From the IMG/VR virus record IMGVR_UViG_3300044981_000214: a stretch of DNA of 64,000 bases, one strand, 5' to 3'. The notes beneath the pieces were generated by a model that was not told the DNA's origin, did no database searches, and saw only the letters and a program-made list of their open reading frames with translations. This document shows, one piece after another, positions 19,985 to 29,833 of the stretch. The DNA is from a virus (lineage: Duplodnaviria > Caudoviricetes). The first letter of the stretch is position 1. Each line of letters opens with the position of its first letter. A program made the translations under genes and the position numbers.

Positions 19985-20637
19985 CAAAGAAAAAGACGAT
20001 CGCACCCAAACAAATAAGCGCCAAGACGCGTAAGGCCGTTGTCGAAGCTGTGACAACACCTCTACCCATGGCAGCCCCCGACGTAACACGCAAGCTAGAC
20101 CTTGCATGTGGCCAAAGTCCACGTGAAGGCTTCGAGGGTGTCGATATCTGGCCCAAAGCCCAGCACGTTGTCGACCTGATGAAGTATCCGTGGCCATTCG
20201 AGGACAATTCTGTTTTCGAGCTGCATTGCAGTCACTACGTAGAACATATTCCAATGGAGTATGTCGATAAGAACGGCAATCCAACACGACCCGGCGACGG
20301 TGTCGACGCCCTATTCAAGTTCTTCGATGAGTGCCATCGAATCCTCGTTCCTGGTGGATTCTTGACGGTGATTGTACCGGCTGCACGAAACAACAGAGCG
20401 TTTCAAGATCCTACGCACCGTAGATTTATCGTCGCTGAGACGTTTCTGTACTTGGCTAAGGCCTGGCGTGAGATGAACAAGCTCGACCACTACGGCGTTA
20501 AATGTGATTACGAGATCAGTGTAAATCCCACTATCCCGATTGAACTCAGCACACGCGCTGAAGAGGTTCAATCAACACACATGAATAATTACTGGAATAC
20601 TGTCATAGATTTCCACGCCAAATTGAAGGCGATCTGA
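19981..20637 (+). CDS. class I SAM-dependent methyltransferase (type 11-like)
   Basis: LDLACG, WPFEDNSV, SHYVEH, RILVPGG, DPTH. Confidence 0.85.
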   Translation: MTKKKTIAPKQISAKTRKAVVEAVTTPLPMAAPDVTRKLDLACGQSPREGFEGVDIWPKAQHVVDLMKYPWPFEDNSVFELHCSHYVEHIPMEYVDKNGNPTRPGDGVDALFKFFDECHRILVPGGFLTVIVPAARNNRAFQDPTHRRFIVAETFLYLAKAWREMNKLDHYGVKCDYEISVNPTIPIELSTRAEEVQSTHMNNYWNTVIDFHAKLKAI

Positions 20638-20649
20638 TATACTTCAGTG

Positions 20650-21075
20650 ATGTCGTTAGGCGCCGACTACGCAGATCTATCTGATAAGGAGCTAACCGAT
20701 CTCATCAACGATACGTGCGATTCCGCTCACAACGCCCTTGATATTGCCCTTGCTGCAATACAAGAACTGAATACCAAATGGCGTGAAGTCTTTCAACAGA
20801 TCGTTAAAGCCGCCTACTTGATCAAAGAAATTGGCGATGAAGCGGGCTACTTTGCCGATGACGTCGTATCGAAAAACTGGGGTAAGTACCAGGATAAGAT
20901 ATACCAATCTATAGAGCCCGTAATGAACTTCACAGACAAATTTCATGACGATCTGGGGGAACTATTAACAAAAGTTTCTAGGGGATCTGATCCAGTTCCC
21001 AAACTACAGCTCTTTGAGAAAGCGCTCCAGAAGAAGTTCAACGCGCTCCAACGTCAGTATGCAAAACGCCGCTGA
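20650..21075 (+). CDS. helical hypothetical protein with MSLG N-terminus
   Basis: leaderless TGaTATACT-N6-ATG start; helical bundle composition. Confidence 0.55.
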   Translation: MSLGADYADLSDKELTDLINDTCDSAHNALDIALAAIQELNTKWREVFQQIVKAAYLIKEIGDEAGYFADDVVSKNWGKYQDKIYQSIEPVMNFTDKFHDDLGELLTKVSRGSDPVPKLQLFEKALQKKFNALQRQYAKRR

Positions 21076-21105
21076 ACTATTGACAAAGTAAGGTATATTT
21101 AGGGT

Positions 21106-22962
21106 ATGTTCTTCGGGACTAACCCTTCACCTGACCAAGTCGAAGCCCTCGTTCTACGTACATACGATGACGTTGTAACAGCTCCTCCGGGCATCTACAT
21201 AGTCGTATCCGGTAGCGCCGCTTTCTTCCCTGCTATCGCTCTAGCGACTGCCAACGACGCGCGTATAGTCGGTGAGTCCTACGATGACGAGGGCAATAAA
21301 GTCGTCACCCTGCACGTCGTAACAGCACCTAGCAAGCGTGCCATGGACAACTTCGGTGCAGCTGACGACCAACGGCGAACGATCACCATCGGACGTGAAT
21401 TTTTCTTAACGGCTCTCAAGGACTACCACGACTGGCCTATCAAGTGGTGGCGTGAGGCTATTCAAAATAGCGTAGACGCTGGTGCTAGGCACATCATTAT
21501 CGAGGAGCGAGAAAACGAGGATTCAACGCATACCGTAGTCGTGGATGACGATGGTGGCGGTATGACCGAAGATGTTTTGATTAACAAGTTTCTCGTTCTT
21601 GGCGCAACTACGAAAGTAGCTGAATCGGGGGCTGCTGGCGGGTTTGGTAAGGCTAAAGAACTACTACTTCTCCCGTGGATCTCATGGCGAGTGCATACGC
21701 GCGATACAGTAGTTGACGGGGCTGGTATCGACTATACGGTCTCAAAGGCTGAATACAAGCCTGGCACACGGCTGGAAGTCATCATGCCCGCTGACAAGTA
21801 TACCAAAGCTTATCAGGCAATCGCTTTCATCGAGAAATGTGATCTTCCTGACGTCCATTTTCTTGTCAACGGCAACCGTCAGAAGGCTAATCTAAGAGGC
21901 AAAGATATAGTCGATTCTGTGACCGGTAAGATCGACGTGTACTTCACTCCTGGTAAGGGCAAACAGCCGTATCTGTTTGTCCGAACCAAGGGCCTATTCA
22001 TGTTCGAGCAATACGTCGGTGAGATACCTGGATATATCGTCGCTGAACTCACTGCGCCATCTATAGACATACTCACAGCCAATAGAGACGGCTTTCGAGA
22101 CTATTCTGTCAAGAATGCTCTTGACCGCTTAGGTATGCGCATTGCCAAAGACAACATGAGCGCTCTGCGGTCTAAGGCCGGCTTAATTAGGCAAAAGTTC
22201 GAGGGCTCAGGCAAGTTCCGGGCAAAGAAACTTGCAGCTGGCTTGCTAGAGCAAATCGGTCCCACACAGGATTTCAAGAAATTATCTGAGGCAGATAGCC
22301 AACAACTGGTAGAAGTCATTGACGGCTACCGCGAACGCGATACTGAGGCCGGACGCGCTACACAGCTACCATCGTCGGTAACTACCGAAGTTCTACTCGA
22401 CCAGAAATTTACAGGCCCAAGCCACATTGAAGCAGCGCTAAAGCAGCTTGTATGGGAGCCTGATTTCTTTATCATCAATGAAATCGAAGGTTTTCGAGTG
22501 CCCAAGAAATTCTTTCCTGCCACGATGACACCGCGTGTCCTGAAGCTAGCCAAGACGTGGGTTGAGCTTGTGCGTTACGTATTTATGCAATTGGGCTCCG
22601 AACAGCATTTTGGTGTAGGCTGGATATTCAGCGAGACTACTGCCGCAGCCTGTGTGACTGAAGCTAATAGCAACGGTGACACAGAGCACTGGATAATGCT
22701 TAACCCGTTTACAAACATGCGAGACGGGGGCATCTGGCACCCGACTACGGACGCTGATCTAAAGTGGCTCTACGCAGCGGCTGTACACGAGTCAACGCAT
22801 GCTGTAGACGGATTGTCGTACCACGATGAAAGCTTCGCTGCAGCACTAACTATGAATATAGCCAGAACTGCTGACGGTTATCGAAAGATTCGCGCAATCG
22901 TTGGCGGCATCAAGATGCGAGGGAGTGCTGAAGCGGACGTTGATGATAACGACGAAGATTAG
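21106..22962 (+). CDS. GHKL (Hsp90/MORC-like) ATPase fused to HExxH metallopeptidase-like domain
   Basis: REAIQNSVDA, DDDGGGM, GGFGKAK, GTRLEV; C-terminal VHESTH..YHDESF. Confidence 0.8.
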   Translation: MFFGTNPSPDQVEALVLRTYDDVVTAPPGIYIVVSGSAAFFPAIALATANDARIVGESYDDEGNKVVTLHVVTAPSKRAMDNFGAADDQRRTITIGREFFLTALKDYHDWPIKWWREAIQNSVDAGARHIIIEERENEDSTHTVVVDDDGGGMTEDVLINKFLVLGATTKVAESGAAGGFGKAKELLLLPWISWRVHTRDTVVDGAGIDYTVSKAEYKPGTRLEVIMPADKYTKAYQAIAFIEKCDLPDVHFLVNGNRQKANLRGKDIVDSVTGKIDVYFTPGKGKQPYLFVRTKGLFMFEQYVGEIPGYIVAELTAPSIDILTANRDGFRDYSVKNALDRLGMRIAKDNMSALRSKAGLIRQKFEGSGKFRAKKLAAGLLEQIGPTQDFKKLSEADSQQLVEVIDGYRERDTEAGRATQLPSSVTTEVLLDQKFTGPSHIEAALKQLVWEPDFFIINEIEGFRVPKKFFPATMTPRVLKLAKTWVELVRYVFMQLGSEQHFGVGWIFSETTAAACVTEANSNGDTEHWIMLNPFTNMRDGGIWHPTTDADLKWLYAAAVHESTHAVDGLSYHDESFAAALTMNIARTADGYRKIRAIVGGIKMRGSAEADVDDNDED

Positions 22963-23231
22963 ATTTCAAGTACTTCCAGGGCGCATTCACGAATCGTTAT
23001 CGATACGTCTGTGGTAGCTAATAGCTGAAGCGTATTTCGTGCAGATTCTCGCTTCAAATGTCGCGACAGCCCGTAAATCGCGCCCTCACGAACTATTGAA
23101 CTAGTGTGAGATGCAAGACTAACTAATAATTCACATGCTTCGTCGGTGTCTGTATAACCTAGACCTTCTGCTCCAAATGTCAGGTCACAAGGTTCTGTCA
23201 TTTGACGGACCTCGACGACCGTTTTCCTCAT
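22959..23231 (-). CDS. HEAT-repeat-like small protein
   Basis: SSIVREGAIYGL..DVSITIRECALEVL. Confidence 0.6.
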   Translation of the reverse strand: MRKTVVEVRQMTEPCDLTFGAEGLGYTDTDEACELLVSLASHTSSIVREGAIYGLSRHLKRESARNTLQLLATTDVSITIRECALEVLEI

Positions 23232-24530
23232 TTAGTGATCCGTACAATCGATATCGTAGACAGCTCCAGCGGACACGGCCGTAAGGGTAATCGATACGTT
23301 CGTGCTGAGCGAGTAACCCGGATTTGTCCCGTTTCGTGGTGACACTGTGCATGTCGGTGTAGTTGATGTTAGAGCAGTAGCGAACGTAATTGTACATGCA
23401 GTCGAAGATGCTCCGACTGTAACTGTGAATTTAGCTTCTCCAGCAGTAATCGATGAACCGCCGCCTGAGGTACAGTTACCGCCTAATCCTGCAGCCGGCG
23501 CAGTGTCAGCTATGCGTGCTGCACCGGTTGAAAGCACTGTTCGGCCACCACTAAATGTCGATCCGCCCTCAAGAAAGGCGCCGCCTGATGTCTGATTCAA
23601 CACGACATCGCCTGCAAGTGTCAGAAGCGCTTGATTGACCTGTCCACCGGAGGCATTGAACTGACCGCATATATCTGTAAGGTTGTTAGCTCCAGCCGAA
23701 CGGCTAGAAGTATTAGTGCACGCGATTCCAATAGACGTTAATGGGCCGGCGGTCGTATCGAAGGTCGAAGAATTGTTTACGTTGGCATCGGTCTCATTAG
23801 CGGTGAAACCAGCAGTAGATAGCAATAGCTGTGTACCACCTGAGATAGTAGCTCCACTCGACTGTACACTGAGTCCAGATGAAATCGTTAGGTTGTGAAT
23901 CGTGCTCGCGGTCGTGCTCGTGCCCATCCACTTTGTGAGAGTGTTATCATATATATAGTTAGCACATTCTGGTTCGGGCCCAGCATGATGAGATAGCTTA
24001 ATCAACCCACCTTGGTTTTCAAATTGATTAGCCGCCGTACCACCACTAGCCGTTGCAGCATCTGGGATAGTTAAATCAAACGTTGCGCTCATATTGCACA
24101 GCGTCACTGTAGATCCCGCATTCAAGGCTACTAGACTGTTAAGTGTAGTCGCCCCAGAAAGAGATACTTCGATTACAGTTGTGGTTGCATTTGTCCAGTT
24201 GACTGGACTCCAATCGTTTACTGTACCTGTAATGGCAGCCGGTGTCAGAACACCTAGATTTAGGTTACCTAACTCACTTTGTCCAGCAGTAGCTGTAATA
24301 GTACTTGTAGCACTAAGTGGACCGTTAACGTTAAGTGTATCGCCAGTGGGCATACTCTCGACGCGCCCACTGACAATTACAGCAGGTGAGTGCGTTGCTA
24401 ACGTACTATTTTCAGTAGTACTATATTCAGACGTACATGACTTGGTCGTTAGCCAGCACATCCCAACTAAGCAAATCGCTGCTACTATCAATGCAGATGA
24501 TATTCCAGAAATATAGGTCTGTGGACGCAT
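23232..24530 (-). CDS. TM-anchored Thr/Ser/Gly-rich spike-like protein
   Basis: N-terminal hydrophobic helix; TPAAITGTVNDWSP..AANQF domain shared with the N-terminus of 5455-8394. Confidence 0.65.
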   Translation of the reverse strand: MRPQTYISGISSALIVAAICLVGMCWLTTKSCTSEYSTTENSTLATHSPAVIVSGRVESMPTGDTLNVNGPLSATSTITATAGQSELGNLNLGVLTPAAITGTVNDWSPVNWTNATTTVIEVSLSGATTLNSLVALNAGSTVTLCNMSATFDLTIPDAATASGGTAANQFENQGGLIKLSHHAGPEPECANYIYDNTLTKWMGTSTTASTIHNLTISSGLSVQSSGATISGGTQLLLSTAGFTANETDANVNNSSTFDTTAGPLTSIGIACTNTSSRSAGANNLTDICGQFNASGGQVNQALLTLAGDVVLNQTSGGAFLEGGSTFSGGRTVLSTGAARIADTAPAAGLGGNCTSGGGSSITAGEAKFTVTVGASSTACTITFATALTSTTPTCTVSPRNGTNPGYSLSTNVSITLTAVSAGAVYDIDCTDH

Positions 24531-24543
24531 GTTATCCTGTCCT

Positions 24544-25248
24544 TTATGCGCCTATAGCCTGCGCGATGTCAATCAATAGTGTCGTTGGGTTCTTAGCCTG
24601 GCCAACATAAGTATCAAATTGACCTGGTGTTGTAGGCGCTGTAGCTGTTAAATTTCCAGCAGTCGTCGGATCAAGCCAATACTGGGCCCCGGGTGTTAGT
24701 CCGCCAACTTCGCCTGTCACGACAGCATCCCACTGCGCTGTCGTAGCTACCAAAGGCCCTGCAGTTAGGATAGATCCTGAAGCACCAGAAGCAATCGAAG
24801 GTTGGGCTACAAGCCCAAAAACCTGGGCCGTGCTCGCAGCGTTCGCCCGAGCTAAATTTACATTATCAGCTACAGCTGTTTGGTATACAGCTTGACAAAT
24901 AGTAATTGAACTTCCATTAGCATTAGTACTTTGTAAAATCGCAGGATTTACGCTTCCTGCACTGCTACTAAGAATGAAAGGGAGCAACCCAGTCAATGCA
25001 CCAGGCGGCGTAACAGCATCGATCGTGTGCCAAAATTCTACGTATACATCGACATTACCGGGCCCAGTTCCTCTTGTAACGGTCACATTAGTTGGAGAGA
25101 CCGCGATAGTAAATCCACCATTGTTTGGCAGTGTAATATTCGGTGTAACCGGAGCGCCCTTCACGTTCAATAGATGTGGAAGGGCTACTGGTACTCCCAC
25201 TAGGAGGCCTGTGAACCTGACAATGTTCTTCAGGATTGACGTAGGCAT
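24544..25248 (-). CDS. structural protein (LKN-FTGL-LPH adaptor plus GLTPGxxY module)
   Basis: shared adaptor; C-terminal GLTPGAQYWL..GNLT..P..VGQA module common in phage fibres. Confidence 0.7.
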   Translation of the reverse strand: MPTSILKNIVRFTGLLVGVPVALPHLLNVKGAPVTPNITLPNNGGFTIAVSPTNVTVTRGTGPGNVDVYVEFWHTIDAVTPPGALTGLLPFILSSSAGSVNPAILQSTNANGSSITICQAVYQTAVADNVNLARANAASTAQVFGLVAQPSIASGASGSILTAGPLVATTAQWDAVVTGEVGGLTPGAQYWLDPTTAGNLTATAPTTPGQFDTYVGQAKNPTTLLIDIAQAIGA

Positions 25249-25292
25249 CTCGACTAATTGTACAACAAAATCGAGGTCAAATGCAGTATTAG

Positions 25293-25511
25293 CTAGGGCT
25301 TGGACGCGCTCTTATCCACAGGCTGAATAGCAGATCGCCCCGTTATTTGTGTTGCTGTATGCATCACTGCATTGCCACTAACCAAGGTTCCAAATATTAT
25401 GGCTACTGTTGACGCCCATTCAGTCCCTGAAATCTTACCTAGATATGTAAGAACACAAGCAAGAATCAGAATCAGTACCCCCAGGGCATTGTGATTATCC
25501 AGTAATCTCAT
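25293..25511 (-). CDS. small two-TM protein (holin-like)
   Basis: 72 aa, two TM helices around GKISGTEW. Confidence 0.55.
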   Translation of the reverse strand: MRLLDNHNALGVLILILACVLTYLGKISGTEWASTVAIIFGTLVSGNAVMHTATQITGRSAIQPVDKSASKP

Positions 25512-25540
25512 GTCGCTAACTATAGCAGTTTAGATTCGCT

Positions 25541-25819
25541 TCAGCGATTCAATAGTTTAACTAGATCAGAGAGCCACCGCTTCTTAAGCGTGATTACTTG
25601 CGCTTCAGTGGCTAGATTAGCATCGTAGGGTTTAAGCAGTCTTTCTATCTCTTGATAGTCTTGCCTGGTCTTAGCAGCACGTAATTGGCTGGCAGTAAGT
25701 TCCAAAAGGGTAGACACCCGATCAATTTCCCGCCCTAAAAAATCGGCGTCCGTCTCGACCTCAGTCTCTCTGACTTCCACTAATATTGCTAAATGTTTTT
25801 CTGGCTCCGACACGGGCAC
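25541..25819 (-). CDS. hypothetical protein
   Basis: 92-aa helical ORF. Confidence 0.4.
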   Translation of the reverse strand: MPVSEPEKHLAILVEVRETEVETDADFLGREIDRVSTLLELTASQLRAAKTRQDYQEIERLLKPYDANLATEAQVITLKKRWLSDLVKLLNR

Positions 25820-25866
25820 GATGTTCCCTTGTCATAGGCGACATGTCAAGCGCTATACTCGACGGT

Positions 25867-26215
25867 ATGCCGCGTATGCCCCGTAGACGTACCCCGTAGA
25901 CGTAAGCCTATACAGACACAGACCAAGACCCAACCCGTATCGTACGTGATAATCTGTGCTGTCTGTGACAGGTCTTTTAGTACCTTTGACCCAACGGTAA
26001 GAACCACGCCCGAACACCCTTGTTCTGGCAGCGGGCAGCTAGCCGATCCTCAAATCGTATCAGCAACGTTCGGCCAAGACCAAAATCTACTGGCCAAACT
26101 GCAGCAATTACATACTGCTATGATTGCCGAACAAACAAAACAAGCCAACGCTTACTCAGCGTTGGCTAATTATCGACAGCAAGCGGCTAATATCGAAGCC
26201 GTGCTTAAAGGCTAG
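25867..26215 (+). pseudogene. zinc-finger/coiled-coil gene frameshifted by a 13-bp tandem duplication
   Basis: TATACT-N7-ATG at 25867; CCCCGTAGACGTA twice (25879-25904); removing one copy fuses the ATG in frame with ORF 25946-26215. Confidence 0.6.
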
Positions 26216-28560
26216 ATTTCGATCTGGATCTCGCGCATCTCAAGCTTGCCTTCGATCTTCAGCCCGTCAATGTCAACAACCAGCGTCGTCTCGTCCAGAG
26301 AAGAAAATTCGCTGAACCAGTTTTGTCCGACGATTACTCCGAACTTTTGCACTGCCAACTGATGAATGAGCCCGCGTACAGCAGCCTTGGCTGCCTCGAC
26401 TTTACCCTCTAGCCACTTCTCATGGACGTTGGCGGGATTCTTCGCTAGGAAAGCTTCGACCTCGACGATCACTGCACCCATCATGGCATCGCAACCTGTA
26501 AGGGCTTTGCCTTTGGCTAGTTTGTCCTTTACATCGTTTACGGTCTTCAACGTACTCAAGCCCTTTAGCTTCACGGCTAGCTCCTTCCCCGTGTATCGGT
26601 CTGCCACTGGCGCGGCTACCTGATTCTTCGGTGAGAAACCGCCGTCGGTGATACCTTGTTCGGACAACCATTCCGCAGCATCGGCACCGTATTGGCCCGT
26701 TAACTTCTGCCCGCCTTCACGAGGGAACTTCGTGTTCGAATAGAAGTTGTACACTTTCTGTGCTGCACGCGCCTTTGTCAGTGCATATGCCAGCTCGATG
26801 GTCTCTTTGGCTGACACACTCTTGACCATTCTACGATTCAAGATCGGCAATGCCTTGACGTCGATAACGACGGCCTTACTGCTACCCTCGTCGCTGATCA
26901 ACTTCATCGGCACGGTCTTACTTGTCAGATCCTCAAACATTTTTGACGAAATAACAGCAGGAAGCTTATCAACGTTCACTAAGCCATCCCGAACAATACT
27001 GTAGTTGCGCCAGATATTGGTAGGGAATATAGTCGGCACGCCCTTAGGCAGCTCCTTGGATCGTGGGCTAAGATCAACAGTTCCCGTCTTCTTGATCAGG
27101 ACACTGATATTTGGACGGTCCTCGTTATAGGTTAGATTAGACACTGAATAGCCGTTCGGCGTAGGATCTGGAACAAATTTAAGCGCGATCTTACGCGCTT
27201 CAATAATCGCTGTAATCTCAGCCTGGTAGGCCTTCAACTTCTTGACGGACTTCTCGCCCGCCATCTTGGCTTGAATTTCATCGACTTTATACTGCTCAGC
27301 ATCAGATAAAGTGTCTTCGTTGCCGTCGACACGCCCTCGACTGATACGAGAATATTTGAACTCGGGATGGTCCATGAGCAAATGCGTTGCCTGATCATTC
27401 GAAATCAGCTTGAGCAAATCAAGCACAGTGAATGCGTCATCGGCAGGAACAAGCTCAGGATTCCGTCCACTGACAAACCGTTTCTTAGTATCGAATGCAG
27501 CAGTCTTGGCAGCATCCATGAACTCGCTATACCGTTGCTTGCCAAAGCAGGTCGAGAAGGCAGTAATGAAGCGGACATCGCCTAACGCCTTCAGAATAGG
27601 CAATACGATATCAGGCTTCATGCGGACAGCGAACAAAGAGAGTGCAGCGTAGGCCTGGGGAACTCCAAAATAAGCCCCAGAATCGGCCACGCCGTTAGCA
27701 TAGTTACCTGCCTGCTGGCTCAACATCAAGCCTTCAGCGCCATTTGGCTCCTTGGACAAGTAGTAGATAGTTTCAGTCCCCTCAGGAACGCTTGCTGTGC
27801 CATCAGTAGCATCAAATGTCGTCAGTTCATTATCGGCAAGCGTCCAAGCAAAGCCGTCTATTGGTGCATCTACGGCGACGTCTACACGTTTACACCCTAA
27901 CGGTCTCTTCGATAACGCGGCCTCGAACACAGGCTCGTACTTGTCAAACGCTTCAGCAAAGATCAATGTCCCGCCTGCCTTCTCCGCCATAGAAGCCAAT
28001 AACCTGCGGTCAGCATAGTAGCCATACTCAACAAACGTTGCTGAAGCCAAACTCGGTGCTAGATCGTTGACCGCCTCGATGATTTCATCACGGTTGCTCT
28101 GATTATCATGCCCATCGGACATGAAATACAGCGCGAAAGGATTCTTGTTCGACTTCCCGATCCTGGTAATTAGTTTTTGAACTTCCTCGATCGGCTCCTT
28201 GAATCCCGTCATTCCAACCGGACGCAGCCAACGATCGATGGCAGTATTTACCTTGTTCAGGTCCTTCAGTGTGGCAACGTGCTCGCCCTCGAAGATAACT
28301 CCGAATTCGTTCTTGCCGCTGAACCAGATCATCGAGAGCGTGTCGCCCTCTTTCAATAGCGTCGGAAGCTTGAGCTTCAACTGGCTCTTGATTTTGGGCA
28401 GGTCGTTAGACATCGATCCGGAAACGTCTAGAATTACACAGAAATTTGTCGATGCTGGCCGCGCAGTGATCGCGGATTTCTTTTCGATGTCCTGCTTTAT
28501 CAGGTAGAGGTTTTGGTCGATCTTGAAGTATACCGCTTGTGGTTGCGTCGGTTTCGTCAT
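26212..28560 (-). CDS. vWA (MIDAS) domain protein
   Basis: ILDVSGSM, GMTGF and YFMSDGHDN MIDAS elements; 782 aa. Confidence 0.8.
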   Translation of the reverse strand: MTKPTQPQAVYFKIDQNLYLIKQDIEKKSAITARPASTNFCVILDVSGSMSNDLPKIKSQLKLKLPTLLKEGDTLSMIWFSGKNEFGVIFEGEHVATLKDLNKVNTAIDRWLRPVGMTGFKEPIEEVQKLITRIGKSNKNPFALYFMSDGHDNQSNRDEIIEAVNDLAPSLASATFVEYGYYADRRLLASMAEKAGGTLIFAEAFDKYEPVFEAALSKRPLGCKRVDVAVDAPIDGFAWTLADNELTTFDATDGTASVPEGTETIYYLSKEPNGAEGLMLSQQAGNYANGVADSGAYFGVPQAYAALSLFAVRMKPDIVLPILKALGDVRFITAFSTCFGKQRYSEFMDAAKTAAFDTKKRFVSGRNPELVPADDAFTVLDLLKLISNDQATHLLMDHPEFKYSRISRGRVDGNEDTLSDAEQYKVDEIQAKMAGEKSVKKLKAYQAEITAIIEARKIALKFVPDPTPNGYSVSNLTYNEDRPNISVLIKKTGTVDLSPRSKELPKGVPTIFPTNIWRNYSIVRDGLVNVDKLPAVISSKMFEDLTSKTVPMKLISDEGSSKAVVIDVKALPILNRRMVKSVSAKETIELAYALTKARAAQKVYNFYSNTKFPREGGQKLTGQYGADAAEWLSEQGITDGGFSPKNQVAAPVADRYTGKELAVKLKGLSTLKTVNDVKDKLAKGKALTGCDAMMGAVIVEVEAFLAKNPANVHEKWLEGKVEAAKAAVRGLIHQLAVQKFGVIVGQNWFSEFSSLDETTLVVDIDGLKIEGKLEMREIQIEI

Positions 28561-28628
28561 TGGCCCGCCGTTATCTCACGAACCTATGACAGTTGCCACA
28601 GTAACCTGACTTAGTATATAAATTTCCT

Positions 28629-28877
28629 ATGGCTAGGGATCACATTCTCCACACTTGGTTTACCTGCCCTTGCTGTGGTGAGGAGCCAACAGAAATTCAA
28701 GAGGCATGCGCTCGTGCAGGCTGTCAGGCGTGTACGGAGTGGCTGACCCGATTAACTGGAGCAATACAGGAGGCTATAAAACAAGGCGAGTCGCGAACAC
28801 TACTTCTTAACCGTAAGGATGTTGCAGAATGGTTTGATAGCCTTCCACAATCATCAGAACTAGAACCAAAAAATTAA
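28629..28877 (+). CDS. small Cys-rich (zinc-binding) protein
   Basis: CPCC..C..CQAC. Confidence 0.5.
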   Translation: MARDHILHTWFTCPCCGEEPTEIQEACARAGCQACTEWLTRLTGAIQEAIKQGESRTLLLNRKDVAEWFDSLPQSSELEPKN

Positions 28878-29116
28878 CGTCGACGTCTACGCTTGCTACG
28901 TCCACGGCTACCCATCCCACCCTCAACCGTGTAGCACTCGGACCTGGTACATTCCATAACCGGACGTTGTAGCCCTGGTAAGCCGCGACTAATCGTACAG
29001 ACAGCATTTGGATGCTTAGCGGAACATTTCTGAACCGACTTTAACGCATCTGGAAATTTAGTATGGTAGGCCCGAGGAAACCCTGCAGGGCCGGTTACTA
29101 CAAATCGATCAGCCAT
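28874..29116 (-). CDS. small basic protein with GMG-poly-Arg tail
   Basis: ends EGGMGSRGRSKRRRRR; leaderless TGtTAAAAT-N6-ATG. Confidence 0.65.
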   Translation of the reverse strand: MADRFVVTGPAGFPRAYHTKFPDALKSVQKCSAKHPNAVCTISRGLPGLQRPVMECTRSECYTVEGGMGSRGRSKRRRRR

Positions 29117-29150
29117 CCGTTAATTTTAACATAGATCGCTACACAGATCG

Positions 29151-29528
29151 CTACCGACCTGCGCCGCATATACAGCCGGTACCTGGAGTACTATTACATT
29201 TTGCAGTATGTAATGGGCGGCTAGCCCACTCGGCCTCAAATTCTGCTCTTTCTTTGGCCTGTTGTGCTTGCCGTTCACGGCCAGCAACGACCTCAGCCTT
29301 CAGGCTAGCTATACGTGATCTATGTTTGTTGGCTATGGTCGTAGCGGCTTTGGCTATAGCATCTGAAAGAGTAACTACACAACTCTCACAGGTTTCACGG
29401 ATTACAGGTTTACCTGTTTTCTCGTCGGTCAACCAACCGTTACTAAATTTGCTGGACACCTTGAAGGATCCGCCATTCTCCCACGCGCCTTCTAGGCGTT
29501 CACCGCATACCCCGCAATATACCGCCAT
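29151..29528 (-). CDS. zinc-finger/coiled-coil hypothetical protein
   Basis: CxxC..CxxC plus coiled coil. Confidence 0.5.
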   Translation of the reverse strand: MAVYCGVCGERLEGAWENGGSFKVSSKFSNGWLTDEKTGKPVIRETCESCVVTLSDAIAKAATTIANKHRSRIASLKAEVVAGRERQAQQAKERAEFEAEWASRPLHTAKCNSTPGTGCICGAGR

Positions 29529-29533
29529 TCGTG

Positions 29534-29827
29534 CTATACCTTAGCCGAAGGGTTGATAACCGCACCCATACCAACCAGAACTTCGTAGGTCTTACGATAG
29601 GCATCAAAGGCGTCAGCTAGCGCAGTAGCGAGATCCTCGGCCTCTGCTGAGGCAGATGCTAGGCCAACAATTCGACACGTGACGTTGTTCGCACCCATGA
29701 TTACTAGAATGGTCGGATTGCCCAGTAGAGCCTTCACTCCGACAATTTCGTTGAGGGTAGAATTTTTTGTGATCGGCATGACGTAAAAGCTATTTGGGCA
29801 TAGCCTGCCATACTTGTCAAGAGTCAA
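29534..29827 (-). CDS. hypothetical protein
   Basis: fills the gap between same-strand genes; start uncertain. Confidence 0.35.
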   Translation of the reverse strand: MTLDKYGRLCPNSFYVMPITKNSTLNEIVGVKALLGNPTILVIMGANNVTCRIVGLASASAEAEDLATALADAFDAYRKTYEVLVGMGAVINPSAKV

Positions 29828-29833
29828 TTAGAA

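Noticed and set aside
21080-21099. TTGACA...TATATT as a canonical sigma70 promoter
   Set aside because: The spacer is only 8 bp, so only the -10 element was retained as evidence.
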